Of a stretch of 64,000 bases of DNA, positions 38,332 to 47,183 are shown one piece after another. The stretch comes from Clostridia bacterium. Lineage in GTDB: Bacteria > Bacillota > Clostridia > TANB77 > CAG-508. The stretch is taken from contig JAFTJF010000006.1 in the NCBI GenBank assembly GCA_017456555.1, positions 4,389 through 68,388 on the forward strand. Direction: 5' to 3'. Position 1 is the first letter of the stretch, and every line of letters begins with the position of its first letter. The notes under the pieces were generated by a model that was not told the DNA's origin, did no database searches, and saw only the letters and a list, made by a program, of their open reading frames with translations. The position numbers and the translations under genes were made by a program.

Positions 38332-39246
38332 ATGATAAAATCAGTAAAATTTTCCAAAAGAGTTTTGGAACAAAGGATGTTGAAGATGAATATTAAATTA
38401 GTCGCAAGCGATTTAGATGGCACAATAATTGACAAAAACAATAATATTCCAGAAAAAAATTTTGATGCCATAAAACAACTTCATAATAAAAACATTAAAT
38501 TTGCAATTTGTACTGGAAAATCTTATTCAGTTTCAAAAAAAGTTTGCGAACAATTTAATGCTTCTTTTGGTATTTTTGGAAATGGTACACAAATTATAGA
38601 TTTACAAACAGGAAAAGAACTATTGAGAAACACTTTAAAATACGAAGATTTATTATTTGTTTGTACTCTTGCCAAAAGATTTAATTATCATATCCACTTA
38701 TATACTGAAGATGAAATAATTACTGAAAATTTAGAATATATGGATTTAAGAAATTTTGTATTAAAATCACAAAATTCTAATAATAGTTTAAATTTTAAAA
38801 TTGTAAATGATATCTTAAAATTTGTTGAAACTTCTAACTTAAGTGTATTTTCTATGATTGTTTCAACAGAAAAAGATGAACTTACACAATTTCAAAAATT
38901 GTTATCTATAAATGAAAATATTGATTTTGCATATATAAATAAAAGAGGAAAATATAGAGATGTTATAATCAATAAAGATTATGAATATTTAAACATTTCT
39001 CCAAAACATATAAATAAAAATGAAGCATTAAATTTTTTATCAAAATATCTAAAAATTTCAAAAAAAGAAATGCTTACAATTGGAGATAATATTAATGATT
39101 ATGAAATGATAAAAGATGCTGGAATTGGTGTCGCTATAAATAGTTCTTTCGAGCCATTAAAAGAAGTAGCAAAATATGTAACAACTGCAACGGTTTCAGA
39201 AGGTGCTTTTGCAGAAGCAATTTCAAAATTTATTACAAACAATTAA
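38332..39246 (+). CDS. Cof-type HAD-IIB phosphatase
   Basis: KLVASDLDGT (DxDGT) and the C-terminal GDNINDYEM (GDxxND). The true start may be the ATG encoding MNIKLVAS, about 54 nt downstream. Confidence 0.8.
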   Translation: MIKSVKFSKRVLEQRMLKMNIKLVASDLDGTIIDKNNNIPEKNFDAIKQLHNKNIKFAICTGKSYSVSKKVCEQFNASFGIFGNGTQIIDLQTGKELLRNTLKYEDLLFVCTLAKRFNYHIHLYTEDEIITENLEYMDLRNFVLKSQNSNNSLNFKIVNDILKFVETSNLSVFSMIVSTEKDELTQFQKLLSINENIDFAYINKRGKYRDVIINKDYEYLNISPKHINKNEALNFLSKYLKISKKEMLTIGDNINDYEMIKDAGIGVAINSSFEPLKEVAKYVTTATVSEGAFAEAISKFITNN

Positions 39247-39353
39247 TTTTTAACAAACAATCTTATTAATAATAAACGTTTTATTTCACATACAGCTGTT
39301 ACACATATCATTTTATTTAATAGTAAAGAAAAAATTTTCTATTAAACCAAAAA

Positions 39354-39380
39354 AGTCGTTTAAATTTCTTTAAACGACTC
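39354..39380. terminator. bidirectional terminator between the convergent Cof phosphatase and cdaA genes
   Basis: AGTCGTTTAAA-tttct-TTTAAACGACT flanked by A-run and T-run. Confidence 0.8.
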
Positions 39381-39401
39381 TTTTATTTTTTATAAAATAA
39401 T

Positions 39402-40286
39402 TTAGTTTTCTTCTTTTTGGTTTTTGAAATCTTCTGCTTTTTTTAATTTACTTGTATGTATTGGTTCTTTTATTAAATTTTTTATAAGAATTTTCTTTAA
39501 TACATCTTCTCTAACGTCAGCAATTAAAGTTCCATCTTTTGCAATTGACATTCTTCCTGTTTCTTCTGAAACAACAACTACTATTGCATCAGATTCCTTT
39601 GAAACTCCTATTGCAGCTCTATGTCTTGTTCCTAATTCCCTTGCTATATCTTTATCATCAGCTAAAGGAAGCATACAAGAACATGCAGCAATTTTATTAT
39701 CACTAATTACAACTGCTCCATCATGAAGTGGCGTATTTGGTTCAAATATATTAACTAATAATTGTGGAGATATTTCTGAATTCATTAAAATTCCTGTTGA
39801 TATTATATCTTGGATTTTTATATCTCTTTCAATTACTATTAATGCACCTTTTTTTTGCTTAGCAAGCTCTACGGCTGCAATTGCTACTTTATATACATTT
39901 TCTTTTTTCTTTGCATTTAAATCTTGGTCCATACCTAAAATTCTGCTTAATTTATTTGTTGTTCCAAGTTGTTCTAGTGCTCTTCTAAGTTCTGGTTGGA
40001 AAACTATAATTAACATTATAACTCCATATGACATAACTGAAGTTAAAATATAATTTAATATAGTTAATTTAAAAAATCCACTTAAAAATGTTATTACTAC
40101 TAATACTACAATTCCTTTTAATAATTGTAATGCTCTTGTTCCTTTTAACATTTCATAAGCTTTATATATTAGAAATAGAACTATAATTACATCTACCATC
40201 ATTGTTATAAAAGTAAAAGGTCCAATATTATTAATATTTTCTAGTATTTGCGTATTATAGAAATCTTTAAAAATATTTTCTACCAT
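39402..40286 (-). CDS. cdaA: diadenylate cyclase CdaA (membrane-anchored DAC domain)
   Basis: Three N-terminal TM helices. DAC blocks GALIVIERD, TPLHDGAVVI and LGTRHRAAIG. Confidence 0.9.
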   Translation of the reverse strand: MVENIFKDFYNTQILENINNIGPFTFITMMVDVIIVLFLIYKAYEMLKGTRALQLLKGIVVLVVITFLSGFFKLTILNYILTSVMSYGVIMLIIVFQPELRRALEQLGTTNKLSRILGMDQDLNAKKKENVYKVAIAAVELAKQKKGALIVIERDIKIQDIISTGILMNSEISPQLLVNIFEPNTPLHDGAVVISDNKIAACSCMLPLADDKDIARELGTRHRAAIGVSKESDAIVVVVSEETGRMSIAKDGTLIADVREDVLKKILIKNLIKEPIHTSKLKKAEDFKNQKEEN

Positions 40287-40306
40287 TATTTATACTCCAA
40301 TCTTTT

Positions 40307-40414
40307 TTACATTGTTATAAGATATATTATTAATGATGCAAAACTTGAAAATAACATTATTCCTAATGCAACTCCTGCTAAAATTTTTGTTAATATTTTT
40401 TTCTTTTTATTCAT
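40307..40414 (-). CDS. possible 35-aa single-TM micro-protein upstream of cdaA
   Basis: My translation is MNKKKKILTKILAGVALGIMLFSSFASLIIYLITM. RBS GAGGAAA is 5 nt upstream. The stop is 20 nt before the cdaA start. Too short for the ORF track. Confidence 0.3.
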   Translation of the reverse strand: MNKKKKILTKILAGVALGIMLFSSFASLIIYLITM

Positions 40415-40623
40415 AATCATTTCCTCAACTTTTCTTTATAAACTCTACATATATTTATAACATATCAAGCATTTTTTTTCAATATAAATCCTTGTCAATT
40501 TTTCCAATTTTATAGCAAAATAAAATCGCCGTCCAAATGCTTAATTCATTTATATAATACAAAGTAAACTCCAATAATATAAATGACATTTATTTGGTAT
40601 CGACGATTCTAATTTTTGACAAT

Positions 40624-41433
40624 TTATTTTAAATAAATTGTTGGATTAACTAAAGCTCCATCTTTATACATTTCAAAATGTAAATGAGCTTCTTCTGCTA
40701 CCTCAAAACTTGCAGACTCTCCAACAGTTCCTATCGTTTGTCCTTTTTCAACTTCTTCTCCTTCTTTTACAAACTCTGTTGATAAAAGATTTGAGTAAAT
40801 TGTTTTAAATCCATCTTCATGATTAATTGTTATTGTTAATCCATATCTTGGATCATTTTTTATACTTTCTATAGTTCCTGCTTCTGAAGCTGTTACTATA
40901 GTCATTTTTTCTGCTTTAATATCTATTCCTGAATGGGTTGTCCATTCTTCTAAAGTTTTTGAATAGATCAAACTATCTGTCGCAAAATCTTTTATTATTT
41001 CTCCTGCAACAGGTGCTGAAAATTCTAATTGTTTTTCTTCAGTTACTGCTGTAGTGTTTTGAACAACATTAGTATTAGTTTTATTTGAAACTTTATTTGT
41101 ATTTTTTTCAACAACTGAACTAACCGGTTCGTTTTTCGGTACTTTTTTAGTAGTAGTATTTACTGTTGTTGCACTTTTTTCTTTTATAGCATTTTTCAAA
41201 CTTAAGTCACTGCTTGAACTTGTTTCTTCTAAATCATCATTTTCCACAATATCTTCAAGTGCACCTAAGTTATCTAAATTTAAACTTGCCTCTTCTTTTA
41301 ATTTTCTATTATACATAACAAAAATTGTTAAAAATATAACAATAGATAATATTAATGTTATCCCAAAGACATAAATCGTTTTTTTCATTTTTTCTTCTTG
41401 ATAAAAATCTCTTCTTCCCATACTAACCTCCAA
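40624..41433 (-). CDS. membrane-anchored M23/LytM peptidase, SpoIIQ-like
   Basis: N-terminal TM helix, a low-complexity linker, and a C-terminal LytM domain with HSGIDI (HxxxD) and HLHFEM (HxH). Lies directly downstream of spoIID. Confidence 0.6.
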   Translation of the reverse strand: MEVSMGRRDFYQEEKMKKTIYVFGITLILSIVIFLTIFVMYNRKLKEEASLNLDNLGALEDIVENDDLEETSSSSDLSLKNAIKEKSATTVNTTTKKVPKNEPVSSVVEKNTNKVSNKTNTNVVQNTTAVTEEKQLEFSAPVAGEIIKDFATDSLIYSKTLEEWTTHSGIDIKAEKMTIVTASEAGTIESIKNDPRYGLTITINHEDGFKTIYSNLLSTEFVKEGEEVEKGQTIGTVGESASFEVAEEAHLHFEMYKDGALVNPTIYLK

Positions 41434-41475
41434 ATAAGTAAATAACTATTATAAGTATTTGCATTTTTTTGAAGA

Positions 41476-42447
41476 TTATTCACTAATTTCCACATCTTTG
41501 TAATAATATTTTATTATCTCTTCACACTTCATTCCCTTTTTAGCTAAAACGTCACTTCCGCATTGGCTTAAGCCAACTCCGTGACCATAACCTGTTACAA
41601 AGAATTTAACTTTGTTTTCTAAAATTTCAAAATTAAATTTAGCAGATTTTAATCCAAATATTTGACGACATTCAATTCCACTAATTTCTTTATTTCCTAT
41701 TTTTATTTTTTGCACTCTCCCTCCTTCTGTATATTCTATTATTTTTATACAATCTGTTTTATCAAAATCAATTCTAAATTCTGAATATTTCTCTAACATC
41801 TTTTTTATTAATTCATCTTTTGAAATTTCAATTTCTGAATTATATGATGTATATGCATCTTCTCCACTAGTTTCAACAGTTTGCAAATATGGTAAATTTC
41901 CTCCCCATACGTTTATTGCAAGTTCTGTTTTTCCCCCACTATTGCTATGAAAAAAAGCATTAATCGGTTCATTATTATACATAATAAACTTTCCTTTTGT
42001 TTCCATTACTGCTCTAGTAATTTTGTTCCAATATTCTTCGCGCATATTTTCTTCCCATCTAGCAAGTCTATTTTCTTTTGAAATCCATGCTTGACAACAT
42101 AAAGAACTATCACAAATATCCGCATTTTCATGTTTTTTACTATTTTTTATTTGATAAACAGTATATGTTCTTGCAACAATAGCTTGTGCCTTTAGAGCTT
42201 CTAATTCAAAGCTCGCTGGCATTTCGCTAGCAACAACTCCCAAAAGATAAGTGTCTAATTCCAATTCTTCAATACTACCATTTTCAGTATGAAGTAACTT
42301 TATCATATTATAATCTCCATAATCGAATTTTTCTTCTATTATATTTTGAGAAACAACTTCTTTTGTTTCAAATTTATTTGTAAAAACAATAGGCATTGTA
42401 AAAATTAAAATAATTACAAATACAAAATAAAATATTATTTTTTTCAA
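41476..42447 (-). CDS. spoIID: stage II sporulation protein D (lytic transglycosylase)
   Basis: N-terminal TM helix and the SpoIID blocks LEALKAQAIVARTY, FHSNSGGKTE and GYGHGVGLSQ. Confidence 0.9.
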   Translation of the reverse strand: MKKIIFYFVFVIILIFTMPIVFTNKFETKEVVSQNIIEEKFDYGDYNMIKLLHTENGSIEELELDTYLLGVVASEMPASFELEALKAQAIVARTYTVYQIKNSKKHENADICDSSLCCQAWISKENRLARWEENMREEYWNKITRAVMETKGKFIMYNNEPINAFFHSNSGGKTELAINVWGGNLPYLQTVETSGEDAYTSYNSEIEISKDELIKKMLEKYSEFRIDFDKTDCIKIIEYTEGGRVQKIKIGNKEISGIECRQIFGLKSAKFNFEILENKVKFFVTGYGHGVGLSQCGSDVLAKKGMKCEEIIKYYYKDVEISE

Positions 42448-42483
42448 AATAAAACCCTTTCTAATTTTAGTAAATTAATTTTT

Positions 42484-43198
42484 TCACGCAAGTAATACAT
42501 TTCTAAAATCATTTAAAATTCTTTTTTCAATTCTAGAAACATGAACTTGTGATATTCCTAAAATTCTTGCAACTTGACTTTGCGTTTTATCTTTAAAATA
42601 TCTTAATTTAATTATTTCTCTATCTCTTATATTTAACTTTCCAATAAGTTCAGAAATTGTAATTTTATTTACAATTTTCGATTCTTCATCTTCTTCTGAT
42701 TTTATTGTTTCTATTAATTCTTTTCCATCATCTCCTATTTTCTCATTTATTGATTCTACTGTTTGAGATGCCTCCATAGCAATATATATATTTTCTTCTG
42801 GTAATTCTAAAATTTTCGATAATCTGCTTACACATAATGACTCTCCCGTTTTTGCCATATATATTCTATCTAATTCCTTAATCTTAATCCCCAATTCTTT
42901 AACACTTCTGCTGATTCTTATTATTCCATCATCTCTTAAAAATTTCTTTATTTCACCAATCATATATTGTACTGAGTACGTAGATAATTCCACATTAAAT
43001 TCAAATTTAAATCTCTTTATCGCCTCAATAAATCCAATGCATGCAATTTGATATAAATCTTCTGCTTCATATCCTCTTCCTAAAAATCGTTTTACAATAC
43101 TCCATATAAGACCGCTTATTTTCCTCTAAAATTTGTGCTAATTTTTCTTTATCACCTTGCTGTGCTTCTGCAATAAGAGATTTTTCTCTTTCTTGCAT
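42484..43198 (-). pseudogene. sigF: sporulation sigma factor F (SpoIIAC), split by a +1 frameshift as assembled
   Basis: The frame from ATG 43198 gives MQEREKSLIAEAQQGDKEKLAQILEEN and then runs into a stop at 43069-43067. The next frame reads SGLIWSIVKRFLGRGYEAEDLYQIACIGFIEAIKRFKFEFNVELSTYSVQYMIGEIKKFLRDDG... down to 42484. The span is 715 nt, i.e. 3n+1. One extra A/T at about 43116-43118 explains the split. Confidence 0.8.
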
Positions 43199-43207
43199 TT
43201 TAGCCTC

Positions 43208-43666
43208 CTAATATGTATTTTTTTCTAGTTCTTTGGTCTTTTTTATTTTTTTATTCATGGTAACTTTAGTTCCAAGCCCAACGATTGATTCTACTTTAAG
43301 CTCGTCCATAAAGTTTTCCATTATTGTAAATCCCATACCTGACCTTTCTAAATTCCCTTTAGTTGTAAATAACGGAACCTTTGCCTCTTCAATATTTTCA
43401 ATCCCTTCTCCAGTATCTGAAACCTCAATTTCTATTTCATCTTCTAATAATCTAGCTCTTAATTTTACAATTCCATCTTTATTTGGATAAGCATGTATTA
43501 TTGAATTTGTAACAGCCTCTGACACAGAAGTTTTTATATCTGCAATTTCCTCTATTGTTGGATCTAATTGCGATGCAAATGCTGCTACAGAAATCCTTGC
43601 AAAAGCCTCATTTGCTGATTTACTTGAAAACTCTATTTTCATTTCGTTTTTAATATTCTTATTCAT
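43208..43666 (-). CDS. spoIIAB: anti-sigma F factor (serine kinase SpoIIAB)
   Basis: HATPase_c N-box EAVTNSIIHAY and G1 box DTGEGI; 152 aa. Lies immediately upstream of sigF. Confidence 0.9.
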   Translation of the reverse strand: MNKNIKNEMKIEFSSKSANEAFARISVAAFASQLDPTIEEIADIKTSVSEAVTNSIIHAYPNKDGIVKLRARLLEDEIEIEVSDTGEGIENIEEAKVPLFTTKGNLERSGMGFTIMENFMDELKVESIVGLGTKVTMNKKIKKTKELEKNTY

Positions 43667-43812
43667 TTTACCTTTTATGATTTTTAATCATATCCTCCTT
43701 TTACTCTTCTTTAGTTTAAAAACTTTTTAGTTATTTTTATTTTTTCTTAATTACTTTTTATTTTTTTCTATTCAAATCTATAATTATTCCAAAAAATATT
43801 CTATGCACGATT

Positions 43813-44148
43813 TTACCCAGTTTGTTTTGCTTCTCTAAAATCACTTGTAATTGGAACAATTTTCAAAACTCCTGACATTTCAAAAATTCTTTTAATTTTA
43901 TTATTTACATTCATTAATTCTAAAGTTCCACCATAGCAATTCGTTGATTTATATCTTCCTATAATTAAACCAATTCCTGCACTATCCATAAAATTCACTT
44001 TTTTAAAATCCATAATTACTCTTTTAGGCATAAATCTCTGAATTTCATAATCACTTCTTTTTCTTATTTTTTCTGCAATATGATGATCCAATTCTTCTGT
44101 AAATTCAAAAAGTAACACCTTGTCCTCAATAAAATGTTTAACATTCAA
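43813..44148 (-). CDS. spoIIAA: anti-anti-sigma F factor (STAS domain, SpoIIAA)
   Basis: 111-aa STAS domain with the phosphorylatable serine context FMDSAGIGLIIGR. Confidence 0.85.
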   Translation of the reverse strand: MNVKHFIEDKVLLFEFTEELDHHIAEKIRKRSDYEIQRFMPKRVIMDFKKVNFMDSAGIGLIIGRYKSTNCYGGTLELMNVNNKIKRIFEMSGVLKIVPITSDFREAKQTG

Positions 44149-44313
44149 TTTAATATTACCTCCTTTATCTTTTGATATATTATTATTCTAATTTTTTTAG
44201 AATTTTCCTTCAAAGAAAAAAAGGAAGTTTTGTCGTATTTTCAGAGGTTTTCGACACTTTCTGATAAAAAATAAATTAAACTATTTATAAAAATAGAAAA
44301 GAAAAAAGCAGGA

Positions 44314-44709
44314 CTATTTTAGTCCTACTTTATCTTTTTTTACATCTTCGTATTTTATTACCTTAAGTTCTGGCCCATCAGTATCAATCCAGAATCTATC
44401 GTAATGTGTATCGAATTTGATTTTTTCTCCATTTGTTAATGTAAGTGTAACGAACACATCTCCCCATGCAACTAACACATATGTTGGATATTCACATTCT
44501 TTTTTTACTCTGTGAATTTGAGAATAATCCAAAACACTAATTACATATTGGTCATCTCTTTCGCAAAAACACAAACCACTAGTCTTACTTGTATCAATTT
44601 CAATGCTTTCTACAAAGTCTTCAAAGACATCGTAGCTCATTGGCAATACTTCAGCCTTTTGGGTAAAAAAATCCATTAATACTAAAATTCCGTTTCCTGT
44701 TGTATTCAT
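44314..44709 (-). CDS. hypothetical protein (131 aa)
   Basis: ORF with RBS GGAGG and a terminator overlapping its stop codon (AGGACTA-tttt-TAGTCCT). No recognisable domain. Confidence 0.5.
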   Translation of the reverse strand: MNTTGNGILVLMDFFTQKAEVLPMSYDVFEDFVESIEIDTSKTSGLCFCERDDQYVISVLDYSQIHRVKKECEYPTYVLVAWGDVFVTLTLTNGEKIKFDTHYDRFWIDTDGPELKVIKYEDVKKDKVGLK

Positions 44710-44832
44710 AATTTCAGCCTCCTCACGGAAATAGTTTTTATCTTTCGTACCAATTGTTATATTCTTTAATATTTTCCGACCTGCCGCGGTGTACTCTGTA
44801 TTAAAATAACAATTCCACTATAAAAACTATCA
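44710..44832 (-). promoter_or_regulatory. rod-like structured 5' UTR
   Basis: Three nested perfect helices. ATAGTTTTTAT/ATAAAAACTAT pairs plus-strand 44820-44830 with 44731-44741. AATTGTTAT/ATAACAATT pairs 44806-44814 with 44752-44760. TTTAATA/TATTAAA closes the third helix. The apical loop is a 27-nt GC-containing segment CAGAGUACACCGCGGCAGGUCGGAAAA. Confidence 0.5.
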
Positions 44833-44838
44833 GTTGGC

Positions 44839-44867
44839 ATTATATCATCAAAACAGCCAAAAGTCAA
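44839..44867 (-). promoter_or_regulatory. consensus sigma-A promoter
   Basis: Minus strand reads TTGACT (44867-44862), a 17-nt spacer, then TATAAT (44844-44839). Confidence 0.7.
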
Positions 44868-44935
44868 CTTATGTTAACTATTTATTGAAATCCAAAACTA
44901 AAATAAACTCTTATAATTAATATAAGAGTTTATTC

Positions 44936-47167
44936 TTAATCTATACTTTCAAATTTTATTCTTAATCCTGTGTTTCTTTTTTTGGTATCACAATTATTTA
45001 CCATAAATTCAATTAAATTTTTATTTCCAATTACTATTAAAAGTTTTTTAGCTCTAGTAATTCCTGTGTATAGTAAGTTTCTTGTAAGTAGCATATTAGA
45101 AGATTGAGGAACAACTAAAATTACTACATCAAATTCACTACCTTGTGCTTTATGAATTGTAATAGCATATGCGTGTTCTAATTGGTCTAATTCAGAAAAA
45201 GCATACCAAGTAACCTTTCCGTCATCAAATTCAACTTGTATTTGTCTTTCTTCATTACTTATTTTTATAATTCTTCCTATTTCCCCATTAAATACGCCAG
45301 TTCCAGATTCGTAAGTTCGCAAATCATTTCTACTACCTTTTTCCCAATAAATATCATAGTTATTTTTGATTTGCATTACTCTATCGCCTTCTCTAAAAAT
45401 AATATCTCCATATGTTTTTTCCAGAATTTCATCAACTTTAGGATTTAATTCAGCCTGAAGTGATTTATTTAATTCTTTAGTTCCCATTTTTCCTTTTTTA
45501 GTTGGAGTAAGAACTTGAATATTTTTAAAGAATTCATAATCTCCGTAATTTTTTAATCTCTCTTTGCTCAATGATAATACTTGGTAAAGCATTTTATCTT
45601 GATTTGATTCATTTATATAGAAAAAGTCGTTTTCTGAATCATCTCCATAATCTTTTTTACCAATAAAATTCACACCATTATTAACATTATGTGCATTAAC
45701 TATTATTTTACTTTTAGCAGCTTGTCTAAAAATTTTATCCAAATGAACAGTAGCAAATTCTCCTGAATCTATTAAATCTTTTAATATACTTCCTGGACCT
45801 ACTGAAGGAAGCTGATTTGGATCTCCTACAAAAATTACTTTTGTTCCTAAAAATAAAGCTTTTACTAAATAGTTCATTAAAAAAACATCAACCATTGACA
45901 TTTCATCAACAACCAATACATCTGCATCAACAGGAGCAACTTCGGTATCTATACTCCCCAATTTGTCCTCTTCAAATTTTCCAATTTCTAATAATCTATG
46001 AATTGTTTTGGCATCTTCTCCAGTTGTTTCACTCATTCTTTTAGCAGCTCTTCCTGTAGGAGCACATAAAACAACTTTCTTTTTATGTGATTTATAAATT
46101 TCTAAAACACATTTTATAATCGTTGTTTTTCCTGTACCGGGTCCACCTGTAATTATGCATACATTATTTTCATTTATTTGTCTTACTGCATCAAATTGTT
46201 TTTCAGATAATTCAATATCAATTTTCTCTTCATGTTTTTTTATTTCATTATCAAAATTTTTAATATATTTTACATTGTCACAATCTCTTAAAGTTAAAAG
46301 TCTTTCTGCTATATATTTTTCTGCTTTATATAATGCTTCTAAAAATACATATTCATTATGATTTTCAACTGTTATATGAATTTCTGAAGTAACATTTAAA
46401 TTTATTAAATTATCTTCAATTCTATCTTCATCAACTTCTAGTATATTTTTCACAAAATCAATTAAATTTTGTTTTAATACACAAGTATGTCCATTATAAC
46501 TTGCAACTAGTAATGCATATTTTATACCACTTTTAATTCTGTAATCACTATCCATAGGTATTCCTATTTGCATAGCGATTTTATCTATATTATTGAAATT
46601 TACTCCATATACAATATCTACTAAAATATATGGATTTTCTTGAATTTTCTCAACTGCATTTACTCCTAATGCATCATAAACTTTTTTACTATTATTAGCA
46701 CCAATTCCAAATTCTTCTAAGAAACTTACTATTTGCCATACTTCCCATTTTTCATTAAATTCTTCACCAATTTCATAAGCCTTATCTTTTGAAATTCCTT
46801 TTATTTCAGCAAGTCTCATTGGTTCAAATTTAAATATTGTTAAAGTTTCTTCTCCAAATTTTTCTATAATTTTTCTAGCAGTTGCTGGTCCGATTCCTTT
46901 TATTGTTCCACTTGCCAAATATTTTTCAAGAGCAGCAGCAGTTTGTGGCATTAATTTTTCAAAAGTATCAATTTTAAATTGTTCTCCATACTCTTGATGA
47001 ACTACCATTTTTCCTTGAAGTTTTAAAGAATCGCCTGGTGCAATAAAAGGCAAATATCCCACTACTGTAACAATTTCTTGCTCTTCTTCTGTAGAAAAAA
47101 CTGCTATTGTATAACTATTTGATTCATTTTGATATATAATTTCTTCTATTTGCCCTCTTAGTTCCAA
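44936..47167 (-). CDS. recD2: ATP-dependent RecD-like DNA helicase (RecD2/YrrC)
   Basis: 743 aa with Walker A GGPGTGKTT, Walker B VVDEMSMV, the C-terminal block AITIHKAQGSEF and an N-terminal HhH region. Confidence 0.9.
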   Translation of the reverse strand: MELRGQIEEIIYQNESNSYTIAVFSTEEEQEIVTVVGYLPFIAPGDSLKLQGKMVVHQEYGEQFKIDTFEKLMPQTAAALEKYLASGTIKGIGPATARKIIEKFGEETLTIFKFEPMRLAEIKGISKDKAYEIGEEFNEKWEVWQIVSFLEEFGIGANNSKKVYDALGVNAVEKIQENPYILVDIVYGVNFNNIDKIAMQIGIPMDSDYRIKSGIKYALLVASYNGHTCVLKQNLIDFVKNILEVDEDRIEDNLINLNVTSEIHITVENHNEYVFLEALYKAEKYIAERLLTLRDCDNVKYIKNFDNEIKKHEEKIDIELSEKQFDAVRQINENNVCIITGGPGTGKTTIIKCVLEIYKSHKKKVVLCAPTGRAAKRMSETTGEDAKTIHRLLEIGKFEEDKLGSIDTEVAPVDADVLVVDEMSMVDVFLMNYLVKALFLGTKVIFVGDPNQLPSVGPGSILKDLIDSGEFATVHLDKIFRQAAKSKIIVNAHNVNNGVNFIGKKDYGDDSENDFFYINESNQDKMLYQVLSLSKERLKNYGDYEFFKNIQVLTPTKKGKMGTKELNKSLQAELNPKVDEILEKTYGDIIFREGDRVMQIKNNYDIYWEKGSRNDLRTYESGTGVFNGEIGRIIKISNEERQIQVEFDDGKVTWYAFSELDQLEHAYAITIHKAQGSEFDVVILVVPQSSNMLLTRNLLYTGITRAKKLLIVIGNKNLIEFMVNNCDTKKRNTGLRIKFESID

Positions 47168-47183
47168 ATCTTTCTCTCCATTT

